Part shown: one piece after another, positions 18,569-27,112 of the stretch
How positions within the stretch are numbered: position 1 is the first letter of the stretch
Layout: the number at the start of each line of letters is the position of its first letter
Virus record (IMG/VR): IMGVR_UViG_3300013137_000026
Coordinates: 1-54,037 of that record
Origin: a virus
Lineage: Duplodnaviria > Caudoviricetes
DNA: 54,037 nucleotides
Reading direction: 5' to 3' (one strand)
The notes under the pieces: model-generated
Databases searched by the model: none
Told to the model about the DNA's origin: nothing
The model's input: only the letters and a program-made list of their open reading frames with translations
Made by a program: the position numbers and the translations under genes

Positions 18569-19468
18569 ATGAGTAAGATTAAGGAAATGTTAGAAAAGGT
18601 AGGTAAGGATGTTTTATCTGCTGAAACAAAGACTGTTTTAGCTGAAGCATTCGATACAGCCGTTAACGAATTAGTTACTGAGCGTGTTAAGCTCGAAGTT
18701 GATTCAGCGCTACAAAAATTAGATGAAGATCATACTCAAAAGCTCATAAAACTTTTAGAAGCTGTTGATTTAGATCACACAGAAAAATTGAAGAAGGTTG
18801 TTGCTAAGATCGATGAAGATCACGCAGGTAAACTTCAATCAGTTGTTGGCAAATATGAAGGTATGTTAAAAGAGGAAGCTGTAAAGTTCCGTGATGCTTT
18901 AGTAAGCGAAGTATCAAATTATATGGATCTTTATTTAGACAAGACCGTTCCAGCACGTCAAATTGCTGAAGCTTGCGAAGCTACCGCAGCCAAGAGAATG
19001 ATTAGCGATATTAAGAAGATTGTTTCTGTTGACGAGAGCTTTATTAATGATAATATTAAAGAAGCGCTTGAAGATGGTAAGCAACAAATAGATACACTTC
19101 GTGGTGAGTTGAACGAAGCTATTAAAGAGAATGTAAAGTTGAATCAAGATATCAAGTCTGCTAAAACAGAATTGATGCTCGAACAAAAAACCATAGCTTT
19201 CCCTAAAGAGAAGAAAGATTATGTAATGAGGGTACTCAAGGATAAGTCCCCTGACTATATTACGGAAAATTTCGACTACGCTGTTGAGATGTTCGTAAGG
19301 GATGAGAAGGATGCAGTTTCGATTATTACCGAACAGGCTAAGAAAGAAACAGCTACTTCCAAGGTCGATACACCGCCCGTTCAAATAAAAGAAACGGTAG
19401 ATCCCGAAACTGAAGAGGCACCAGTTAACGAATATCTAAGTGAGCTCAAACGACAAGATCGTCGTTAA
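18569..19468 (+). CDS. gp22: Prohead scaffolding protein (T4 gp22-like)
   Basis: Acidic coiled coil, VLAEAFDTAV, EVSNYMDLY, terminal NEYLSEL; directly before MCP. Confidence 0.85.
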   Translation: MSKIKEMLEKVGKDVLSAETKTVLAEAFDTAVNELVTERVKLEVDSALQKLDEDHTQKLIKLLEAVDLDHTEKLKKVVAKIDEDHAGKLQSVVGKYEGMLKEEAVKFRDALVSEVSNYMDLYLDKTVPARQIAEACEATAAKRMISDIKKIVSVDESFINDNIKEALEDGKQQIDTLRGELNEAIKENVKLNQDIKSAKTELMLEQKTIAFPKEKKDYVMRVLKDKSPDYITENFDYAVEMFVRDEKDAVSIITEQAKKETATSKVDTPPVQIKETVDPETEEAPVNEYLSELKRQDRR

Positions 19469-19481
19469 ATGGAGACAGACA

Positions 19482-20951
19482 ATGAACAAACCCGGACCTA
19501 ACTTCATAACACCGGATAAAGCAACGCAACTTTTAGAGAAGTGGCAACCCATCTTGGATTACACATCTTCTAAGGTAGCAGCTATCGAGGATGATCATAC
19601 CAGATTGGCAACAGCTATTCTTTTGGAAAACCAAGAGAGGCATTGCATTTCTGAACAAAATGTAGGCGGCGGAACTAATGGTGCATTTAGTGCATATGCA
19701 GGCACAGCAGATGTCGGTGCGTATGGTGGAGCCTCTGGCCCAACCAACAACGACTTTTATGGTGCAGGTGACGCCCGTTTACCGAAAGTCCTTATTCCGA
19801 TGATTCGAAGAACATTCCCCGAATTGATTACTAACGAAATCGTTGGTGTTCAACCGATGAGTGGTCCTGTTGGTCTTGCTTTTGCTCTTCGTTATAGATA
19901 TGACTCAGCTGCTCTCGGTGCCGGTACTGCATGTAGTGATAGTGATAGTACTTGCAACCTTCCAGGGTGGCGATCAGGTCAGACTACTGACGACCAAGAA
20001 GTTGGTTGGAATAACTTAGACACTCGTTATACGGGTGCTTCTTCGCAATTCCTCAGCGGCTTAGGCTCAGGGTCTGATTTTGCGATATTGACAAGTGATC
20101 AAGGTGTAGCCAACATTTTGGCTAGCTTCGAATTTACTTCGAACATTCCGCAAATGACAATCCAATTCGAGAAGACAGCTGTTGAAGCTGGAACTCGTAG
20201 ATTGGCAGCTAAATGGTCAGTCGAACTCGAACAAGACATCAAAAACATGAATGGTATCGATATTGATGCCGAACTCACCAACGCAATGAGCTATGAAATT
20301 CAAGCGGAAATCGATCGTGAAATGATTATCCGAATGATTCAAGTAGCTTTGAACGCTGGTTCTGGCGTCGGATATTCATTCTGGTACGCAGCATGTGCTG
20401 ATGCCCGCTGGCTCGGTGAACGAACAAGAGATTTCTACGCTAAAGTTATCGTAGAAGCCAATAGGATTGCAATCCGTAACCGCAGAGGTACAGCTAATTT
20501 TATTGTAGCTACGCCTCGTGTCTGCGCTATGCTTGAAATGCTTCCAGAATTCAAGTTTATGCCAATGACAGGTAATGTTAATACTCAACCCGTAGGTATT
20601 GCTAAGGTTGGTAGCGTGGGAGGCCGTTTCACGGTTTACCGCGATACTCGTACTGATGCACAAAACCCATGGGCAGGAACGCCAAGTGGTCAACGTACCA
20701 CAGCGCTCGAGTATGCTTTACTAGGTTACAAAGGTGCTGAGTATTACGATACCGGTATAATTTATTGCCCATATATTCCAGTGATGATTCAAAGAACGAT
20801 CGGTCCTAATGACTTTGCTCCTAGAGTTGGTTTACTAACACGTTACGGTGTGGTAGATAATCTCTTTGGTGCAAGCCTTTATTACCACGTAATTATCGTC
20901 AAGGGATTGGGCGATTCATTCGTACCAGGTACTGCTCATACATATTTGTAA
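19482..20951 (+). CDS. gp23: Major capsid protein (T4 gp23-like)
   Basis: LLEKW.PIL, AILLENQ, LIPMIRR, VGVQPMSGPVGL.FALR, RRLAAKWSVELEQD, YCPYIP, TRYG; start moved to ATG 19482 after GGAGA. Confidence 0.98.
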   Translation: MNKPGPNFITPDKATQLLEKWQPILDYTSSKVAAIEDDHTRLATAILLENQERHCISEQNVGGGTNGAFSAYAGTADVGAYGGASGPTNNDFYGAGDARLPKVLIPMIRRTFPELITNEIVGVQPMSGPVGLAFALRYRYDSAALGAGTACSDSDSTCNLPGWRSGQTTDDQEVGWNNLDTRYTGASSQFLSGLGSGSDFAILTSDQGVANILASFEFTSNIPQMTIQFEKTAVEAGTRRLAAKWSVELEQDIKNMNGIDIDAELTNAMSYEIQAEIDREMIIRMIQVALNAGSGVGYSFWYAACADARWLGERTRDFYAKVIVEANRIAIRNRRGTANFIVATPRVCAMLEMLPEFKFMPMTGNVNTQPVGIAKVGSVGGRFTVYRDTRTDAQNPWAGTPSGQRTTALEYALLGYKGAEYYDTGIIYCPYIPVMIQRTIGPNDFAPRVGLLTRYGVVDNLFGASLYYHVIIVKGLGDSFVPGTAHTYL

Positions 20952-20976
20952 ACTGTTGATATATATCAATAGTTTA
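20949..20976. repeat. 28-bp near-perfect palindrome at MCP stop codon
   Basis: TAAACTGTTGATAT-ATATCAATAGTTTA (one G-U pair as RNA). Confidence 0.6.
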
Positions 20977-21034
20977 TACATAAGTAAAAAGCAAATACTT
21001 AATTGGGAATGATTTAATAATCATTAGACCACAG

Positions 21035-21068
21035 ATTAAGGGAATTCGAAAGAATTCCCTTAATTTTT
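21035..21068 (+). terminator. Rho-independent terminator after major capsid gene
   Basis: 13-bp stem ATTAAGGGAATTC-GAAA-GAATTCCCTTAAT followed by T-tract. Confidence 0.85.
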
Positions 21069-21084
21069 GCTTTGATTACATATT

Positions 21085-22554
21085 ATGATACTATCATGTA
21101 TAATTATTTATATGAAAATATGTGCGTGTGGTTGTGGTACGGAATTAAAAAATGAAAAGAACACTTTTATTCGAGGTCATAGTAATAGATCTGAATTGGT
21201 AAAGCAAAAGAAACGTCAAAAATGTCTTCAAAAATATGGAGTTACAAACCCAAGCCAATTAGATTCTGTTAAAGATAAAAAGAAAACTACATGTCTAGAG
21301 CATTACGGTTCAACCCATTATATGAAATCGCAGTTAGGAAAAGATGCGGTTAAAACAACAATTCAAGCAAGATATGGGGTTGATAATATTTTTCAACATG
21401 AAGAAACAAAAAAGAAAATACATGAGAAATGGATGAATAAGAAGGAGGATATTGTCAAGAAAATAGTCAATACCAACAAAAGACAATTTTATAACAATCT
21501 CATTAATGGTGTCAGACTAAATAATAAATTTATACCATTATTTACACAAAAAGAGTTTATTGGTGTAGGAAAAATTAAATATAGGTTTAGATGTTTAAAG
21601 TGTGGTTCGGTTTGCGATTCGGATTTAGATGATGGTAAATTGCCCCGCTGTCTTATTTGTCATCCTTTTATTACTTCTGGCGGTCAATCTAAGATTGAAT
21701 ATGATTTGATTTCATTTCTCAGAAAGTATGAACCAGATCTAATTGTTCATGATAGAAAGACTGTATATCCGTTAGAATTAGATATATTTATACCAAGTAA
21801 GAATTTAGCAATTGAATTAGATAGTTTATACTGGCACTCAGAATTAAACGGAAAACATAAAAATTACCACAAATATAAGACAGATATTTGTAAGAATAAG
21901 AACATTAGATTAATTCATATTTTTGATGATGAATGGCTTAATAAACCAAAGATTGTTAAAGCGAGATTAAAGTATATCTTAGGCAAAAATAAATATAAGT
22001 TCGGCGCCCGAGAGTGTGTAATTAAAGAAATTAGTACTGGTATTAAAAATCAGTTTCTTAATAAGTATCACATTCAGGGTAAAGACAGAAGTAGTATAAA
22101 ATTAGGAGCATATTATAAAAACAGATTAGTTTCTGTTATGACATTTGCACAGTTAAGAAAAGCTTTGGGAAGCAATACAAAATTAGATCATTACGAATTA
22201 TCAAGATTTTGTACCATTAAGAATTTTTCTATATCTGGTGTTGCTAACAAATTATTTAAGGTATTCTGTGAACAATATAAACCAATTGAAGTAATTACAT
22301 ATGCAGATTTACGGTGGAATACTGGTAATTTATATCAGAACTTGGGTTTTATGTTGAAACATGTAAGTAGACCAAGTTACTGGTATACGAAAGATTATAC
22401 TAACAGGATTCATAGGTTTAATTTCAGAAAGGATTTGTTAAGGGAAAAATTGGTTCAGTTCGATCCAAATCTTTCAGAGTGGAACAACATGAAGAATAAT
22501 GGATATGATCGAATTTGGGATTGTGGCAATCTTGTTTTTGTATATAAGTCATAG
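21085..22554 (+). CDS. Hef-like homing endonuclease (CxCGC head, KYGV repeats, PD-(D/E)XK nuclease, GNAT-like C-terminus)
   Basis: CACGCG..FIRGH; CLQKYGV/CLEHYGS/RYGVDN repeats; ELDIFIP..NLAIELDSLYWHS; YELSRFC...TYADLRW; likely start ATG 21112. Confidence 0.8.
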   Translation: MILSCIIIYMKICACGCGTELKNEKNTFIRGHSNRSELVKQKKRQKCLQKYGVTNPSQLDSVKDKKKTTCLEHYGSTHYMKSQLGKDAVKTTIQARYGVDNIFQHEETKKKIHEKWMNKKEDIVKKIVNTNKRQFYNNLINGVRLNNKFIPLFTQKEFIGVGKIKYRFRCLKCGSVCDSDLDDGKLPRCLICHPFITSGGQSKIEYDLISFLRKYEPDLIVHDRKTVYPLELDIFIPSKNLAIELDSLYWHSELNGKHKNYHKYKTDICKNKNIRLIHIFDDEWLNKPKIVKARLKYILGKNKYKFGARECVIKEISTGIKNQFLNKYHIQGKDRSSIKLGAYYKNRLVSVMTFAQLRKALGSNTKLDHYELSRFCTIKNFSISGVANKLFKVFCEQYKPIEVITYADLRWNTGNLYQNLGFMLKHVSRPSYWYTKDYTNRIHRFNFRKDLLREKLVQFDPNLSEWNNMKNNGYDRIWDCGNLVFVYKS

Positions 22555-22561
22555 TAAAACA

Positions 22562-22568
22562 ATAAATA
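22562..22568 (+). promoter_or_regulatory. Late promoter motif ATAAATA
   Basis: ATAAATAtttcaaaGAGGT before ATG 22584. Confidence 0.65.
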
Positions 22569-22583
22569 TTTCAAAGAGGTCTT

Positions 22584-22898
22584 ATGGACAAAGATAACAT
22601 TTTACTCCAAGAAGCATACAAAAAAATTATAGTAGAAGCACTGTCACCAACAATGCGCAGACAAATGAACGTAGCTAAACCAAAATCACAGGATTTTCAA
22701 GTTGGTCAAGAAGTTATATACACAGATGGTGATGGTCAAGAGTATTGGACTGTAATAACATCAGTACAAAAAGACGGAACAGTTGGAATTGCAATTAAAA
22801 ATACAAATCCATTGTTTGTAAGATCAGCACAATACCATATTGGTACTCAGTTAGTAGTAAGTAAAGAAGAGTTAAGTTTACCAGAAGATGGTGAGTAA
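22584..22898 (+). CDS. KD-motif protein with SH3/KOW-like C-terminal domain
   Basis: MDKDNILLQEAYKKIIVE-A; FQVGQEVIY...VITSV..DGTV. Confidence 0.75.
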   Translation: MDKDNILLQEAYKKIIVEALSPTMRRQMNVAKPKSQDFQVGQEVIYTDGDGQEYWTVITSVQKDGTVGIAIKNTNPLFVRSAQYHIGTQLVVSKEELSLPEDGE

Positions 22899-22910
22899 TT
22901 AGGGGGTGTT

Positions 22911-23126
22911 ATGATATTAATAGGATTAGAAAATTGCGAAGGATGTAAATTGATCCACGCCCGGCATATGGAATTAACCTATTTAGAGGTTCCAAGAAAT
23001 GCAACTCCTGAGAATAACAACATTAAGAAAATATTAGCAGAGTTAAATTTAAGTGAATATCCAATGTTGTTTGAAGATGATTTAAAAACATTGATACCGT
23101 TGAAAGTTATTGAACCAAATTTATAG
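22911..23126 (+). CDS. Glutaredoxin/thioredoxin-like protein
   Basis: LIGLENCEGC (CxxC) and cis-Pro-like EYPML; GGGGG RBS. Confidence 0.65.
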   Translation: MILIGLENCEGCKLIHARHMELTYLEVPRNATPENNNIKKILAELNLSEYPMLFEDDLKTLIPLKVIEPNL

Positions 23127-23133
23127 GAGACAC

Positions 23134-23466
23134 ATGAACGATAAAGATACAAAGATATTACAAGAAGCATATGGTAAAATTAAGAAACCTCAAGTTCTTA
23201 AAGAACAATTAAGTCATAGACTTAATCCAGTATCTTATAAGGATTGGGATGAAGGTGATAAGATCATAGACGTATATGTAGGTGCTATCGGAGATCGTAT
23301 GGTCGTACGACTTACATTTGGTCATTCTTTTACGATAATGATGGAAATGAGCGAGTTTAGACAGTTCGTTCGTAAATTGATGATGACTGATAAAGAAGTT
23401 GCAGAAGCACTTCATTCAAAAATTCAATCACAATCACCAGATACTTATAAAAACTATTTGAAATAA
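23134..23466 (+). CDS. KD-motif protein (putative internal head protein)
   Basis: Start re-assigned to ATG 23134 after AGGAGA: MNDKDTKILQEAY...VLKE. Confidence 0.75.
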   Translation: MNDKDTKILQEAYGKIKKPQVLKEQLSHRLNPVSYKDWDEGDKIIDVYVGAIGDRMVVRLTFGHSFTIMMEMSEFRQFVRKLMMTDKEVAEALHSKIQSQSPDTYKNYLK

Positions 23467-23470
23467 TATC

Positions 23471-24133
23471 ATGAAAGATAAAGATACTAAATTGCTCAGT
23501 GAGGCATATTCAAAAATTTTCGAACGGGCTAATCAAACTAGATCTGAAAATACACCCACAAAGAAAATTCAACAACTAAAAGAATCAGAAATTGCTGGAG
23601 TTGCTACATTTTTTCAACAAAGACATAATCCAGAAAATGGTTTGTCTAAAATGCCGTTTTTAGATGCTATTCAAGCATATATAGTAGAACGAGGACTTTC
23701 TGGTAAAGATGAAACGAAATTTCTTCGCAATATAGTACGATTGACGAAATTATCACCAGAAATTAAATCAATCCTTAAAGACAGAATAAATTCAAATTTA
23801 ACACAACAACTTGAAAGTCATCAATCCACACAAAGTGATATTATTGATGAAGAAGTAACTTTATTGCAAGAAGATTTAGGTCGCATATTGGGTAATTTAT
23901 ACGTGGATCTTTTTAGATATTTTAAATGTAAACAAGGTGCTCAAACAGCCGGACCATGTCCTCAATCAAGGGATTTAGTTGCTAAATTAATTGGTTGGGC
24001 ACAAGTAAATAAACAGCATGAAGTAGCTCAAAAAATTAGTAATGTAATTAATGTCGGTAGAATTCAAAAAGCTTCAGAGGATGACATTATTACAACAATT
24101 TGGAATAAACTAAGACAATATTCTTCGCAGTAA
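23471..24133 (+). CDS. KD-motif protein (putative internal head protein)
   Basis: MKDKDTKLLSEAYSKIFE; further L-x-E sites (QLKE, QLE, LLQE). Confidence 0.75.
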   Translation: MKDKDTKLLSEAYSKIFERANQTRSENTPTKKIQQLKESEIAGVATFFQQRHNPENGLSKMPFLDAIQAYIVERGLSGKDETKFLRNIVRLTKLSPEIKSILKDRINSNLTQQLESHQSTQSDIIDEEVTLLQEDLGRILGNLYVDLFRYFKCKQGAQTAGPCPQSRDLVAKLIGWAQVNKQHEVAQKISNVINVGRIQKASEDDIITTIWNKLRQYSSQ

Positions 24134-24134
24134 A

Positions 24135-24551
24135 TTACCGTTTTGCATGCCAGTTAAAGATCTTAGGTGACAATCGTTCACATTGAGATTCTATACCTTC
24201 AGTACTGTTAATAAGGATACTACTGGTATGGCTTAGGTTATGAATACCAACCCAAAGTTTAGGTTGCACTTTGATTATTTTCCCATCTAGCCCGGATATA
24301 AAATATTGGTTGAACTTATAGTTGTTATTACCTTGGTCAGTGGCTATAACCAGTCTTAAATCACCATAAAGGCATGAGAAATAGTTGATGCAATCAGAAC
24401 TACAGAATCCTTCAATAGCACCAACCCAAAAACTTTTTACATTAAAGGTATTAGCTTTGTTGCATGAAAAGAAATTCGGTATATTTTTACCAATATCATC
24501 AGTATAACATTTTTCATAAATTACCTGTACGTCATCATTTGGGTTTTTCAT
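24135..24551 (-). CDS. Degenerate RmlC-like cupin (dTDP-sugar epimerase fold)
   Basis: GAIEGF...CLYGDLRLVI...FISG...IKVQPKLWVGIHNLS follows the RmlC layout; likely start at MKNPNDD. Confidence 0.5.
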   Translation of the reverse strand: MKNPNDDVQVIYEKCYTDDIGKNIPNFFSCNKANTFNVKSFWVGAIEGFCSSDCINYFSCLYGDLRLVIATDQGNNNYKFNQYFISGLDGKIIKVQPKLWVGIHNLSHTSSILINSTEGIESQCERLSPKIFNWHAKR

Positions 24552-25026
24552 TTTCGGTTTCTTTAGACTTTGGTTCAAAAGCCGCCGTCGCGTCAATAAC
24601 TTCTTTACCTTTTTCAAGGAAGTGTTTGATTATTTCTTCTCTAGTTGCTACGAGAATATTAGTATTACCTTGTCTTTGTGGTAATTGCTTTTTAGCAGCA
24701 ATAACATATTCCTGCAGTTCTCGATTAGCTTTGATCTTTTTATTATTAATTTCGATTTTTGTTAAAGTATCTAATGCTCCGACCACCGCTTTAAACATTT
24801 CTGAATAGGCAGTAATTTCTTCAGCTTGTCCGCTGGTAAGCATTGCTTGTTTTAGAGCTTCTACAGAATCAACACCACCATCGATTAATACTTTAGTCTG
24901 ACTCAGAATATAGTCATTAACAGTTTCGTTGTTTATATTTGGTTCAGCAGATACTTGTGGTGCCAAGGTGGAATTTCCGTTTTTGAGTTGATCCAACAAC
25001 ACATCCAAATCTGGTTCTTCGTTCAT
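24535..25026 (-). CDS. Probable terminase small subunit (T4 gp16-like)
   Basis: Helical hairpin then NTNILVATREEII, similar to T4 gp16 NATVFMGSPTEL; late motif upstream. Confidence 0.5.
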   Translation of the reverse strand: MNEEPDLDVLLDQLKNGNSTLAPQVSAEPNINNETVNDYILSQTKVLIDGGVDSVEALKQAMLTSGQAEEITAYSEMFKAVVGALDTLTKIEINNKKIKANRELQEYVIAAKKQLPQRQGNTNILVATREEIIKHFLEKGKEVIDATAAFEPKSKETENEKPK

Positions 25027-25041
25027 AATAACTCTTTTAAA

Positions 25042-25048
25042 TATTTAC
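25042..25048 (-). promoter_or_regulatory. Late promoter motif GTAAATA (minus strand)
   Basis: Reverse complement reads aaGTAAATAtttaaaagagttattATG. Confidence 0.55.
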
Positions 25049-25124
25049 TTATTTGGTGTAATATCAACAAAAAATCTTGTCTTTTCTCAAATCTATCATA
25101 TATTATTAATCATTGGAGGTTGAT

Positions 25125-25358
25125 ATGAAGTTTGATAACGAACGAACGAAAGAATATTGTGAATTTGAGATGACTTTTACCAACGAAGAAGCACGAAGAC
25201 TTCGTGAATATGGATTGGCTCAAATAATGAATGATGATAATGAGTTGATTAATTACGCGGTTAATCATATACTTAAGGAAATGATTAATGGTTCTAAGAA
25301 AACCGGAAAAATACTTAAGTTAATTAAGAAGGAACAAAAAACACAAAAATGCAAATAA
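25125..25358 (+). CDS. Hypothetical protein
   Basis: GGAGG RBS before ATG 25125; possible sigma70-like TTGTCT..TATATT/TATTAT upstream. Confidence 0.65.
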   Translation: MKFDNERTKEYCEFEMTFTNEEARRLREYGLAQIMNDDNELINYAVNHILKEMINGSKKTGKILKLIKKEQKTQKCK

Positions 25359-25525
25359 AAGTTATAGTAGATGGATACGGCGAATTTCAGATTGAAAACG
25401 ACAAAATTGGTGAACTAATTAACTGGTTGTCAAAGAATGAAGCTATTAAGGTTAAATCCCAGCCAGTTCGTGAAGTTGTCGATAATAACTTTACAGGTCG
25501 AACATTAATTACCGAACAAAAATGA
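25349..25525 (+). CDS. 58-aa hypothetical protein MQIKVIVDGYGEFQIENDKIGELINWL...
   Basis: Translated by hand; fills gap and has ATGA overlap with dUTPase. Confidence 0.65.
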   Translation: MQIKVIVDGYGEFQIENDKIGELINWLSKNEAIKVKSQPVREVVDNNFTGRTLITEQK

Positions 25526-26004
25526 TTAAGTTTCTAAAAACACATCCTGACGCGGTATTACCAAAAAAAGCACATGATACTGATACCGGATATGATCTCA
25601 CTGCAGTAGAGGATATGCTTATACCTAGTAACGGTTTTAATGTTGTTCCTGTTGGTATTACGGTTGCTTTTATTTCACCAGGAATTTGGTTTAGAATAGA
25701 AGCTAGATCTGGTCTCGGTTTCAAACATAGTATTTTTCCCCATTTTGGTGTGATCGATAATTCTTATAGAGGCGATCTTGGCGTCAAACTATATAATTTC
25801 GGCGGCCATGATTATTGGGTTAAAAAGGGAGATAGAATAGCACAGATTGTAATTTATCCTTTATTAGATCATCCTGTGACCTGGACAACCAAGATTCGAG
25901 AAACCGATCGAGGGGAGAATGGATTTGGTAGTACAGATAAATCTATTATTCCACCCATACAGGGAACAAAAAGAGCTGGAATAGAAACCTATCGCAAACG
26001 TTAA
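25522..26004 (+). CDS. dut: Trimeric dUTPase
   Basis: TGYDL, RSGLG, GVIDNSYRG, GDRIAQ, RGENGFGST. Confidence 0.96.
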   Translation: MIKFLKTHPDAVLPKKAHDTDTGYDLTAVEDMLIPSNGFNVVPVGITVAFISPGIWFRIEARSGLGFKHSIFPHFGVIDNSYRGDLGVKLYNFGGHDYWVKKGDRIAQIVIYPLLDHPVTWTTKIRETDRGENGFGSTDKSIIPPIQGTKRAGIETYRKR

Positions 26005-26154
26005 CAGAGTAAATACTGATAGTCGAGCATATTCATTATACTTCAGTAACAAAGAAAAACGCTACAATTTAACGGTATATTGGATAATATATCAAACATA
26101 TTTATGAAAAGAAAATATGATAAGTTTTTAAAAATAAAGAAATATTATGAGTGA
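25975..26154 (+). pseudogene. Frameshifted C-terminal relic of a LAGLIDADG endonuclease
   Basis: SRAYSLYFSNKEK / TLQFNGILDNISNIFMKRKYDKFLKIKKYYE* aligns by eye with ORF 65 C-terminus ALQLYNLMYNNYENLFLVRKLAKFKQIEEYY. Confidence 0.6.
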
Positions 26155-27112
26155 TATATTTAATAATTTATGGGTTGAAAAGTATCGTCCAATTAAATTA
26201 GAAGATATGGTTTTATCTGATTCTGTCAGAGAGTACTTTGTTGATGCTAAACGCAAGCAAGAAATTCCCAATTTAATGTTTAGTGGTCAACCAGGTTCTG
26301 GAAAAAGTACACTTGCAAAGATTATCGTTAAAGATATTTTAGATTGTCAATATCTGTATATTAATGCTTCAGAAGAATCTGGTGTTGATACCATTAGATC
26401 TAAAGTAATTACTTTTGCACAAACCAAGTCTATCGATGGAAAGCTAAAAGTAGTAGTTTTAGATGAAGCCGATGGCGTCTCCAGTGTTACTGGAGGCTCT
26501 GGTCGTACTAGTGCGCAACAAGCCTTACGAAATGTAATGGAAGAATATACCAGTAATGTCAGGTTTATTCTTACTTGTAATTATCCCTATAAGATTATTC
26601 CAGCTTTACATTCAAGATGTCAAGAGTTTGATTTAATCCCACCATTTGACGCGTGTGTTCAACGATGTGTTAATATTCTAAAAACAGAAAATGTTAAAGT
26701 TGATGAAACCAATAAGAAGTTGTTGTTTGATTTAATCAAGGCTAAATACCCAGATCTAAGAAAGACAATTAATACCATTCAAAAGAATGTTATTAATGGA
26801 GAACTTAAGATTACTAATGTAGGATGTAACTTAGAGTTTGCCGAAGAGGTATTTAATTCGATTCAAATCAAAAAGAATATTAATGACATTCGGGAACACA
26901 CAATCCAAAATGAAGTACAATTTAGTAACGATTATCATCAATTATTAAAGGATTTGTTTGAAGTCGTCTATAAAAAGCCCATTGACTTCAATAAGAAGAG
27001 ATTAATTCTGTTATGTATTTCAAATGCAATGTATACACATCAGTTAGTTATGGACGCAGAGATTAACTATTTTGCTTGTATACTACAAATAACTGAGTTA
27101 ATGGAAAAATGA
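26147..27112 (+). CDS. gp44: Clamp loader large AAA+ subunit (T4 gp44/RFC-like)
   Basis: LWVEKYRP, GQPGSGKST, INAS, LDEAD, AQQALR, LHSRC, PDLRK. Confidence 0.95.
   Translation: MSDIFNNLWVEKYRPIKLEDMVLSDSVREYFVDAKRKQEIPNLMFSGQPGSGKSTLAKIIVKDILDCQYLYINASEESGVDTIRSKVITFAQTKSIDGKLKVVVLDEADGVSSVTGGSGRTSAQQALRNVMEEYTSNVRFILTCNYPYKIIPALHSRCQEFDLIPPFDACVQRCVNILKTENVKVDETNKKLLFDLIKAKYPDLRKTINTIQKNVINGELKITNVGCNLEFAEEVFNSIQIKKNINDIREHTIQNEVQFSNDYHQLLKDLFEVVYKKPIDFNKKRLILLCISNAMYTHQLVMDAEINYFACILQITELMEK

Noticed and set aside
19440-19481. GTG start for the major capsid protein given by the ORF track
   Set aside because: Overlaps the scaffold gene; ATG 19482 has a GGAGA RBS and gives a T4-like N-terminus
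24464-24808. Plus-strand 114-aa ORF and other short antisense ORFs inside large genes
   Set aside because: Overlap better-supported genes, and have no RBS or recognisable motifs
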